From the NCBI GenBank assembly GCA_040754655.1, contig JBFMCE010000078.1, forward strand, positions 1 to 18,715: a stretch of DNA of 18,715 nucleotides. Reading direction: 5' to 3'. The position numbers and the translations under genes were made by a program. Of this stretch, positions 7,444 through 14,881 are shown piece by piece; positions within the stretch are counted from its first letter, which is position 1; the number at the start of each line of letters is the position of its first letter. Below the pieces are notes generated by a model. The model was given only the letters and a program-made list of their open reading frames with translations. It ran no database searches and had not been told where the DNA came from. This DNA is from Bdellovibrionota bacterium. Its GTDB lineage: Bacteria > Bdellovibrionota > UBA1018 > UBA923.

Positions 7444-7531
7444 AACTTTCCAAGGAGCTCCTGACGGAATCTTAACTGAAAACGCGCCGAGACTTTGAGC
7501 CTTCGGTTTCAGTTAGAATCCTAGGACCTTG

Positions 7532-7945
7532 TTACCGAAATCCAAATCTTGGCATAGCGACGCCCAAACTCTTATGACGCCGCCCATCGGCAGTGTGCAC
7601 TTCACGACGCTCTTCATCTTCTTTGCATGAGATGCAGAGAGTCGCCGTTGGACGCGCCTCGAGGCGCTTGATTTCGATATCGTGCTCACAACTATTGCAC
7701 CTGCCGAATGTGCCTTCTTCAATGCGCTTGAGGGCTTCGTCGATCTTCTTGATCAAAAGCATCTCTCGATTCCTCAACCGCATGCGAAGGGCTTGCTCCA
7801 CATCGGCTGATGCCTGATCCACATCGTCCATGCGATCGTCGTGACTCACTTGAAAGTCATCACGAATGATCTTGTCGTTGTAGAGAACGTTGGCCTTTTG
7901 CTGCTCGAACAACTTCTTAAACCGCTTGAGAACTTCCTTTTTCAT
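7532..7945 (-). CDS. dksA: RNA polymerase-binding transcription factor DksA (TraR/DksA C4 zinc finger)
   Basis: Coiled-coil tip DDVDQAS (DxxDxA), KIDEALKRIEEGTFGRCNSC...RLEARPTATLCISCKE with four Cys; AGGGGGG SD. Confidence 0.93.
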   Translation of the reverse strand: MKKEVLKRFKKLFEQQKANVLYNDKIIRDDFQVSHDDRMDDVDQASADVEQALRMRLRNREMLLIKKIDEALKRIEEGTFGRCNSCEHDIEIKRLEARPTATLCISCKEDEERREVHTADGRRHKSLGVAMPRFGFR

Positions 7946-8022
7946 AACCCCCCCTTTGGGTCGCCCGTTACTGCCATGGGCTTTGATGTTTATCGTTGTA
8001 CGTACGTCTTGGTTTTGTTCTT

Positions 8023-8093
8023 TGGCCTCAAGAGCAGCAATCCCCCATCGCTTTTCTTGAGGCCATCGAGCTTATGTCCATCCCTTTTGGACA
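8023..8093. other. two stem-loops in the mglA-dksA spacer
   Basis: 11-bp perfect stem TGGCCTCAAGA (8023-8033) / TCTTGAGGCCA (8055-8065) and 6-bp stem TGTCCA/TGGACA (8075-8093). No U-tract follows on the coding strand, so not a canonical intrinsic terminator. Confidence 0.55.
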
Positions 8094-8109
8094 ATAGACG
8101 GGAGCATCC

Positions 8110-8706
8110 TTATCCCCCCTTTAAATCCAATAAGACTTGTTTAGTGATTTCAGTGAGCGTCTCGAAAACGCCTATGCCTTTTGACGCCACCGCTTCGAAT
8201 TCGGGTACCGATCTTTCGCCACGGTGACGGTTGAAAGTTTGCGCAAGCTCAACCACGGGAACCGCGGAAGGGAGATCGCGCTTATTGAATTGAAGAACAA
8301 GAGGAATTTTTTGAATGTCGTAACCTTGAGTTTCGAGATTTGCGCCAAGACTTTCATAACTCTCGAGGTTTGCCTCCAACCTCTCACGCTGGCTGTCTAC
8401 TACAAAGACTATGCCATCGACTCCCTTGAGGATGAATTGGCGTGAAACCTCGTAAAAACTCTGCCCGGGAATCGTATAAAGATGAAAGCGCGTCTTGAAC
8501 CCGCGCACTTCCCCAGCATCCAAAGGAAGAAAATCAAAGAAGAGCGTGCGTTCATTTTCGCTGGAAAGGCTGATGAGTTTTCCTCGGGCATTGTCTGTGG
8601 TGCGGTCGTAAATGTACTGGAGATTCGTGGTCTTACCGCTGAGTCCGCAGCCGTAATAGACGATCTTGCAGTTGATTTCTTTCGTATTGTAATTGATGAA
8701 CGTCAT
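8110..8706 (-). CDS. mglA: MglA small Ras-like GTPase (gliding motility/polarity)
   Basis: MTFINYNTKEINCKIVYYGCGLSGKTTNL P-loop, ERTLFFDFLP, FHLYTIPGQ, LKGVDGIVFVVDSQ, FNKRDLP; closely colinear with Myxococcus MglA. Confidence 0.96.
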   Translation of the reverse strand: MTFINYNTKEINCKIVYYGCGLSGKTTNLQYIYDRTTDNARGKLISLSSENERTLFFDFLPLDAGEVRGFKTRFHLYTIPGQSFYEVSRQFILKGVDGIVFVVDSQRERLEANLESYESLGANLETQGYDIQKIPLVLQFNKRDLPSAVPVVELAQTFNRHRGERSVPEFEAVASKGIGVFETLTEITKQVLLDLKGG

Positions 8707-8926
8707 AGCTTGGTCTTTTGGTTTTAAACTACGCCAGCCGCTTCACGGCAACTTCAGGCCTTGTTCAAAACAAAAATCCCTACGCTCTCCCCGAACCCAA
8801 AACTTCCTGTTTAACTACAGTACAACCTACCCTAAATGCCACCACACCAGTAACCTTTCGCCACCGACTGGGCATTCCCACAATTTGCGACCCGGTGACT
8901 TTTTGCACCATGGCCATGAAACCAAA

Positions 8927-9520
8927 CTACGCACTGGCCACCCTGTTTTCAATCGCGCGGCCAATGGTCTGTCGATCAATGTATTCCAAAACCCCACCCA
9001 CCGGAATACCATGAGCGATTTTTGTCACACTCACTCCCAAGGGCTTGAGCAACTTCGTGAGGTACACGCCCGTTGCTTCGCCCTCAACCGTTGGATTGAT
9101 CGCTAAAATAATTTCGTTCACTTGCGAGCGTTGCAACCTCGCAATGAGTTCTTTGATTCGAATTTGTTCGGGGCCTATTCCGTCAAGCGGAGACAGCACC
9201 CCGTGCAGAACATGATAGCGGCCGTGAAAACGCTGGCTGTTTTCAATGGCAAGAACGTCGGCCGGTTTTTCCACGACGCAAATGATTTCAATCTTTCTTC
9301 GCGAATCAGAGCAGATCTGACAAAGGGCTGTTTCAGTAAAAGTAAAACATTCCTCGCAAAGGCGGATCTTTTGTTTGGTTTCGAGCAGAGTCTCGGCCAG
9401 TGAGCGCACCTCAGCTTCTTCAGCGCGCAGAATATGATAAGCCAGGCGAATTGCCGTTTTTTCTCCTATTCCTGGAAGCTTGGACAACTCTAAGATGAGT
9501 TTCGAAACAGGATCGGACAT
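8927..9520 (-). CDS. recR: recombination mediator RecR
   Basis: KLPGIGEKTAIRLAYH HhH, C4 zinc finger (CEEC...CQIC), ICVVE, YHVLHGVLSPLDGIGP, NPTVEGEAT, IAHGIPVGGVLEYID; follows dnaX-ybaB. Confidence 0.97.
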   Translation of the reverse strand: MSDPVSKLILELSKLPGIGEKTAIRLAYHILRAEEAEVRSLAETLLETKQKIRLCEECFTFTETALCQICSDSRRKIEIICVVEKPADVLAIENSQRFHGRYHVLHGVLSPLDGIGPEQIRIKELIARLQRSQVNEIILAINPTVEGEATGVYLTKLLKPLGVSVTKIAHGIPVGGVLEYIDRQTIGRAIENRVASA

Positions 9521-9862
9521 TTAAAATATTCCTGGGATACTCAAACCGCCGGTTACCTTCGACATGGCATCGCTTACCATTTGAGAAGCGTTCTTGAGCG
9601 CTTGGTTTGTCGCTTCAAGCACCATGTCTTGAAGCAGGTCGATGTCATCTGGGTTTACGACTTCGCGGTTGATCGTGATTGAAACGATTTCTTGCTTTCC
9701 ATTGGCCACGACAGTGACCATCCCGCCGCCAGCAGTGCCTTCAGCAGTCTTGTCTGCCATCTCAGCCTGGATCTTTTGGATCCGCTGTTGCATTTGTTGG
9801 GCCTGTTTCACCAAGTTTCCGAAACCGCCGCTACCGCCACCGAAACCACCACCACGGGTCAT
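9521..9862 (-). CDS. ybaB: YbaB/EbfC nucleoid-associated protein
   Basis: LVKQAQQMQ, EGTAGGGMVTVVANG, VVNPDDIDLLQDMVLEATNQAL, MSKVTGGLSIPGIF; canonical position between dnaX and recR, with ATGA overlap to dnaX. Confidence 0.95.
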   Translation of the reverse strand: MTRGGGFGGGSGGFGNLVKQAQQMQQRIQKIQAEMADKTAEGTAGGGMVTVVANGKQEIVSITINREVVNPDDIDLLQDMVLEATNQALKNASQMVSDAMSKVTGGLSIPGIF

Positions 9863-11619
9863 GGATTTGATTCTCCTCTTAATTCCAACTTTTCAAGCTT
9901 CGCCCCAAGCAACTGCTGGGTCGCTCGCATCGCCTCGCTTTGAAGAACCGCTTTTTTGCCTTCTTCAATCAAGTTTTTCTTTCGCTCTTCTTCTTGCGAT
10001 TGGAGCGATTTCGTTGCGAGCACCTCTTTATACTCGAGACGCACTGCGCTTCCCAAGTAGTTTTTAAGAAGTTGATTCAGAAGATCGCTATAAGCGCGAG
10101 AAAGAAGCTGGTCTTTATAGAAAGAGTGGTCTTTTGTGTAAGACAACTGGATGAGCGTGACATTGCCGTCGCGCGTAATCGCTTCTAATCCCATATGCTC
10201 AAGCACCGAGCCCACCAAGGGTTTCTGAGCTTTCACGAAAGCAACCGCATCTTTCCAAAGGTTGCCAGGGTCTGCCGGTAAATTGCGCGTGTGCTGCTGT
10301 TGTTGAGGCTCTTGAGGTTTTTGCGCCTGCGAAGCGATGGATTCACCCTGTGGCCGCGGCTGATGAGCCTGCGATCTCAGAGGAGAGGGGCTTGGAGTGG
10401 CTAAGGGTGTCTTTGCAGCAGCCACATTTGGCGTTGATTGCGGCTGAAATCCTTGTTTTTCAGTTCTAACCAGATCGTCTGGGCTCTTCAAGTCTTCCAG
10501 GCTGATGAGGTCTTCCCCAGTAGCCATCTTGATGACCAGCACATCCATGACCATTTTTGGAATCGAACTGCGCGCCACATCTTCCAGGCCATGGTTGAGA
10601 AGCCGGAAGAGAAGATCAAGCTCTTCAAGAGAACGAAGCTGCGTCAGCGTCTTGAGATCAGCCGAATCTACATCAGAAATATCAAGATAAGTTCTAAGAT
10701 CAATCAATTGCGTTTTCTCTTCAAGCAGTCGCGCCACCATGAGCTGTCGCAAATAACGCAATAGCTCGCGGCCGAATTGTTTCAGGTCAAATCCGTGCAA
10801 ATAGACTTTTCCCACGGCTTCCAATGCCGAAAGGGGTTGCCGTCGCAAGATCCCAGTCACGCAATCAAGAATTGTTTGTTTATCAATCAGACCCAAGGCT
10901 TGGGCGACCGTGGTCGCTTCGATTCTCCCAGCCCCGATGGCGAGGATTTGGTCAAGCAACGAGATCGCATCGCGCATGCTGCCTTCAGCTTCCCTCGCTA
11001 GAAGGTTCAAAGCTTCTTCAGTGATGGAAACGCTTTCAACTTCGCAGATTTTCTTAAGACGCTCATGCAAGTCTTTTTGCGAAACGCGCTTGAAATCAAA
11101 ACGCTGGCAGCGAGAGAGCACGGTTGCCGGAATTTTCTGAGGATCAGTCGTCGCGAAGATGAACAGCACGTGCGCCGGAGGTTCCTCAAGCGTCTTCAAG
11201 AGCGCATTGAAGGCCGCTGTCGTCAGCATGTGTACTTCATCAATGATGTAAATCTTATGTTTCCCGTTGGAGGGGAGATATTTGGCGTTTTCTCTGATCT
11301 CGCGTACCGCGTCGACACCATTGTTAGAGGCGCCGTCAATCTCAAGTACGTCTACCGAGCGGCCTTCAGTGACTTCCAGGCAATCATTGCACGTATTGCA
11401 CGGTACGCCAGGCTGTTTGGTTTGAGAGCAGCGCAAGGCTTTGGCAAAGATACGGGCGGCGGAAGTCTTTCCAATGCCCCTGGTGCCGGTGAAAAGATAT
11501 CCTTGGCTGACCCTGCCTGCTTTGATCGCGTTGGAAAGCGTCTGTGCAATATGGCCTTGGCCTACGAGATCATCAAAGGTTTGTGGGCGCCACTTTCTTG
11601 CCAATCCCAAATAAGCCAT
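9859..11619 (-). CDS. dnaX: DNA polymerase III subunit gamma/tau
   Basis: LARKWRPQTF, GTRGIGKT Walker A, zinc Cys cluster, EIDGASNNGVD, IIDEVHML, LLKTLEEPP, SRC motif, Pro/Gln-rich linker. Confidence 0.98.
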   Translation of the reverse strand: MAYLGLARKWRPQTFDDLVGQGHIAQTLSNAIKAGRVSQGYLFTGTRGIGKTSAARIFAKALRCSQTKQPGVPCNTCNDCLEVTEGRSVDVLEIDGASNNGVDAVREIRENAKYLPSNGKHKIYIIDEVHMLTTAAFNALLKTLEEPPAHVLFIFATTDPQKIPATVLSRCQRFDFKRVSQKDLHERLKKICEVESVSITEEALNLLAREAEGSMRDAISLLDQILAIGAGRIEATTVAQALGLIDKQTILDCVTGILRRQPLSALEAVGKVYLHGFDLKQFGRELLRYLRQLMVARLLEEKTQLIDLRTYLDISDVDSADLKTLTQLRSLEELDLLFRLLNHGLEDVARSSIPKMVMDVLVIKMATGEDLISLEDLKSPDDLVRTEKQGFQPQSTPNVAAAKTPLATPSPSPLRSQAHQPRPQGESIASQAQKPQEPQQQQHTRNLPADPGNLWKDAVAFVKAQKPLVGSVLEHMGLEAITRDGNVTLIQLSYTKDHSFYKDQLLSRAYSDLLNQLLKNYLGSAVRLEYKEVLATKSLQSQEEERKKNLIEEGKKAVLQSEAMRATQQLLGAKLEKLELRGESNP

Positions 11620-11666
11620 CGCGATGTTCTTCTCTTCTTAAAAGCTCAAACGATAAGTAATTAGAA

Positions 11667-11814
11667 GGCATCCGGAAAAGCCTGCTGCCGATCCCCCGGC
11701 GAAACTGCGTCACAGTTCGCTCTTACTACCGTTGCTTCCTTCCGGACCTGGCGGGGTTCGCAAGGCTTGCTTGCGCAGGACCGGAGGACCGGTAGCAGGG
11801 TTTTCCAAATGCCC
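11667..11814 (-). ncRNA. ffs: signal recognition particle RNA (4.5S / small bacterial SRP RNA)
   Basis: Minus strand contains GAACCCCGCCAGGTCCGGAAGGAAGCAACGGTAG (SRP helix 8 with GGAA tetraloop) inside a long hairpin whose 5' (GGGCAUUUGGAAAACCCUGCUACCGG) and 3' (CGGCAGCAGGCUUUUCCGGAUGCC) ends pair. The position upstream of dnaX is common for ffs. Ends are approximate. Confidence 0.93.
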
Positions 11815-11939
11815 GCTCTATATATATCAGAGTTTGCGAAGGTACTAGACTATGTGCAAAAAAAGCAGAAAGAAAGTGTAAAGTAGCTCGCAATGGCCTT
11901 GCCCGGTCGCTGGTTTGTTGATACCGGCTTTTTAAGTTT

Positions 11940-12749
11940 ATGAAAAGAAGAGCACTGCCTTTGTTTTTAGGTCTTTTTTTTCTTTGTTCAATGCCGTGTG
12001 GATGGACCCAAGACGCGCAGTCTGAAAGCCCGCATGGTCGCTCTAGACCGGCCTCTGCGATGCATTTGTTAGACGAACCCTTGCAGCTTAACCTCATCGA
12101 GCGCTATGGAACTCAGATTTCCGGCAGTCGTGGAGAAGCTTGGGCCGTTGTTCCTGTGCGTATTTATTCAACTTCTAACAATCAAACACAGGTGCAAGCG
12201 GTCGACCTCGAAGATTGGCTTGCTGATGCCGGAGAACTCTTTGCCAGGGGCGGTTCAGAAGAAGGGCGTTTTCTACGCAAAAGGGAAGGGTTTCTGCCGG
12301 TTTGGGGGGTTAGAGCCTCAGTTCCTCAGATCCTTTCGCTTAGTTTGGGATTCATCGTTGGGCCTATCACCGAGAGCATCGAGTCTGGAAATGAACAAGC
12401 TTATGGCGTGCTTGTCCAAATTGAGCCAGGAGTCGCGGGAGGAAAGGCAAGCGTTGGTGTTGCTTGGGCCGGAGACCTGGCGCTCTCAACCTATCATGGA
12501 CCGGAAAGCATTTTTGATCCTCTGCGGTTTGGAGGGATTGGCGTCAAAGCGTCGGTTTTGCGCACTTGGGGAAAACCGGTGGAAATTGATTTTCACGCTC
12601 CTGACGGGATATTTCGAAACTTAGAGCCTAATCATACTTATGTGGGTGCTGAACTGGATCTGGCGTATGCGGTGAAGGTGAGTTTTGGTTATCTGCTTGG
12701 TATCGATACCGAGAATATTTTCACTTTTGGCGTTGGCTTGGGGTTTTAG
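11940..12749 (+). CDS. exported hypothetical protein, possible outer-membrane beta-barrel
   Basis: Signal-peptide-like N-terminus; Gly-rich amphipathic strands in the C-terminal half; ends FTFGVGLGF (terminal Phe beta-signal pattern). Confidence 0.6.
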   Translation: MKRRALPLFLGLFFLCSMPCGWTQDAQSESPHGRSRPASAMHLLDEPLQLNLIERYGTQISGSRGEAWAVVPVRIYSTSNNQTQVQAVDLEDWLADAGELFARGGSEEGRFLRKREGFLPVWGVRASVPQILSLSLGFIVGPITESIESGNEQAYGVLVQIEPGVAGGKASVGVAWAGDLALSTYHGPESIFDPLRFGGIGVKASVLRTWGKPVEIDFHAPDGIFRNLEPNHTYVGAELDLAYAVKVSFGYLLGIDTENIFTFGVGLGF

Positions 12750-12939
12750 CGCGTCACTTGGCACTTAAATGAGTCACCATTGAATTTGCAAGTTTGCCTG
12801 CTTTTCATGTCACGAACTCCTTCATGACTTTTGCGGCGTTTTTCTAAAGAAGCGCTATTGAATGCACACCTGTCTAAAGTTTTTACACCAAGAATTGAAC
12901 CTTGATGCACGTGCAAAGCTCTTCTAGAGCCCGACACCC

Positions 12940-12956
12940 TTGGCAAACGGCTTGCA
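12940..12956 (+). promoter_or_regulatory. sigma54 (RpoN) -24/-12 promoter
   Basis: TTGGCAAACGGCTTGCA matches TGGCA-N6-TTGCA with exact GG/GC spacing. Followed by GAGGAG SD (12983-12988) and ATG 12996. Confidence 0.75.
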
Positions 12957-12995
12957 ATGCTTAGCCACTAGAGAAGAAGTTTGAGGAGTAGTTCT

Positions 12996-14072
12996 ATGCG
13001 CATGTGGAAAGTAATCGTCTTATGGCTCTTGTTCACGGCCGTTGCCGTCGGGGCAAGTCTTTTCGGAGAACCTCGCCCGTCGAAGAAAGACTGGAAGTTC
13101 AGCTATACTTTCGAACACAGCGGCAACACGATCAGCGTAAATCGAAGGCCTTTGTTCTACTTTGAGGGTGCGGAGCCGTCAGTCATCGTAGGCGAGTACA
13201 AGCCTGATCCTTATTTCACGATCCGATACTACTTGGGCTCGGATGTTGAGAGACGAAAAAATCAGATCGAGAAAGTCATCAAAGATCCTGAGGAAAAGGC
13301 AGAGGCGCTCAAACGCGTCAATAACCTTTCTGATCCTGCGATTTTCAGGGAGCCAGTTGATTGCCGCAATGTCTTTCAAGACATGATTGAAAATCTAGTC
13401 GAGTACGAAACCATTCCTGACAGCGTGAAAATCACTGAACGCATCCCCGATGGAAAAGGGGGGCTGCGCACCGATATTCGCCTTGAAGAGATCGATGCCT
13501 ATCAAAAACTCACCAACGACGGCTATAAGGCGGCAAGGGCCCGTCAGCTGATGAATATCTTGGTTCGCAAGACTAAACACTCAGCAACGCAGTCGGTAGA
13601 ATGCGCCATCGATCAAGTTGGCCCCAAGGCAGGCCCAAAGTATCCGGCGCTGTGTGGCGTTCTTACGGCATACGTTGCTAGCCCCAATAATCAGCGAGAA
13701 ATCATCGATGAAGAAAAGGGCACTCGAGCGCCTGATCCGATTGGTTACGGACGTCTTTTCGAAACTTCGAGCGGTAAGTACCAACGCGTGATCGCGTTCC
13801 CGGACGGTATCTGCAATGAACATCTTGAAACCACTGACCGCGAAAGCCGAATGGAACCTGGCTCTTGTCGCTTAAGGTTCTTGGTAAAAGGTTGCGGCTT
13901 GCATGATGTTCAACGCGATCTTGACCAAAGACTGGCTCAATGGTCGGAAGAAGTTTATGACAACTTTGAGCAAGGCAACCCAAGCGAGGAAGTGGAAGGC
14001 GCGCCAAACTGGCGCGGAATGCCATACACCCCTAAGAAAATACCTGGAAGCTCACGTGGAGTGGGAATCTAA
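12996..14072 (+). CDS. exported hypothetical protein
   Basis: ATG 12996 with GAGGAG SD; signal peptide MRMWKVIVLWLLFTAVAVGA; 358 aa with six Cys; no family recognised. Confidence 0.7.
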   Translation: MRMWKVIVLWLLFTAVAVGASLFGEPRPSKKDWKFSYTFEHSGNTISVNRRPLFYFEGAEPSVIVGEYKPDPYFTIRYYLGSDVERRKNQIEKVIKDPEEKAEALKRVNNLSDPAIFREPVDCRNVFQDMIENLVEYETIPDSVKITERIPDGKGGLRTDIRLEEIDAYQKLTNDGYKAARARQLMNILVRKTKHSATQSVECAIDQVGPKAGPKYPALCGVLTAYVASPNNQREIIDEEKGTRAPDPIGYGRLFETSSGKYQRVIAFPDGICNEHLETTDRESRMEPGSCRLRFLVKGCGLHDVQRDLDQRLAQWSEEVYDNFEQGNPSEEVEGAPNWRGMPYTPKKIPGSSRGVGI

Positions 14073-14087
14073 GAAAGAAGAACTGTG

Positions 14088-14843
14088 ATGAGCATTTCAG
14101 ATGGGGTCCGACGGAAATTCTTAGCCCTAGGTCTTCTTTCCGCCGTGATTTCAGCTCTTGGCTGCGCAAAGAGCGGTGATCAATCTACGGCTGGAGCGAC
14201 AGATCCTGCTCAAGCGGTGGCGCTAGCGTTGGTCTTGCCGTTGCCCGACAACTCTTACTCGGTTCGCGAAGCTCAGTCAGCCGTGAGCGCAGAGTACAAT
14301 GCACGCGTTTTGGTTGAAGCGGTAGATTCTGTGGCCGATCCTTTGAAAGAATCAAAACTTCGTTTCGCCCAGGTGGTTTCAGATGGCGAGAAACGAAACG
14401 GCTTCTTGCACATCGTGCATTCTGGTTTGAACGCCGAGCTGAAAGGAACCGAAGATTCCGCGCAAGGCAAGGTCAATTGGGAATTCTATAAGAACGGAGC
14501 GCTCGTTTTTTCAGGGTCGTCAGCCAAGTCTGGCGTCACCGGAGACCTGACCTTTCCTGTATCGGCGACCGGGCTTTCGCAGCCGCTTAGCGTGCATTGG
14601 AGCTCAGAAAGCGCTGGCGGCAAGCTCACGAAAAACGTGGTCGTGCGGCAAGGCGCTACGGGTAGTTTAACCTTCGCTCAGAGTTTTGCCCAAGGCAGCG
14701 CAAAGCCTAGCGTCAAGCTCTCTGGCCGCATCAGTGGCGGCACTGAAGTGAAAGGTGAGTGGGAAACCTCGGGCGGAAAGTACGAAGAGCCAGGCTTCAT
14801 TGGATGCTGGGATTCTGCTCTACGCAATGCCGCGTGCAATTAA
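14088..14843 (+). CDS. putative lipoprotein, possibly Tat-exported
   Basis: N-terminus MSISDGVRRKFLALGLLSAVISALG-C: RRxFL motif, hydrophobic stretch and lipobox-like ALGC. Beta-rich Gly/Ser/Thr body; C-terminal CWDSALRNAAC. Start may be GTG 14085. Confidence 0.7.
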   Translation: MSISDGVRRKFLALGLLSAVISALGCAKSGDQSTAGATDPAQAVALALVLPLPDNSYSVREAQSAVSAEYNARVLVEAVDSVADPLKESKLRFAQVVSDGEKRNGFLHIVHSGLNAELKGTEDSAQGKVNWEFYKNGALVFSGSSAKSGVTGDLTFPVSATGLSQPLSVHWSSESAGGKLTKNVVVRQGATGSLTFAQSFAQGSAKPSVKLSGRISGGTEVKGEWETSGGKYEEPGFIGCWDSALRNAACN

Positions 14844-14881
14844 GCAGAAATTGAAATGAGTTTTGGCTTTAGCCCAACTGT

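Noticed and set aside
7169..7450. oriC call
   Set aside because: Only two perfect DnaA boxes, both inside a CDS; no clear DNA-unwinding element; no dnaA, dnaN or gidA context.
7140..7464. ORFs 7140-7415 (+), 7164-7445 (-) and 7273-7464 (+)
   Set aside because: Products of the inverted repeat (both strands give TSKRMKS); they overlap pafA and its RBS.
8707..8926. mglB remnant, or a 45-aa minus-strand ORF (MAMVQKVTGSQ...), between recR and mglA
   Set aside because: No similarity to roadblock/MglB motifs visible and no SD.
9950..9960. AAAAAAG slippery-like run in dnaX
   Set aside because: Codon phase is GGC AAA AAA GCG, not A AAA AAG, and it is about 30 codons from the stop, so it could not generate a gamma subunit.
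9122..11664. Multiple + strand ORFs opposite recR, ybaB and dnaX (and similar ones opposite the ADH, FAH and pafA genes)
   Set aside because: Antisense shadow frames of well-supported conserved genes.
11726..12097. 123-aa minus-strand ORF
   Set aside because: Overlaps the SRP RNA and the start of the + strand gene; no motifs.
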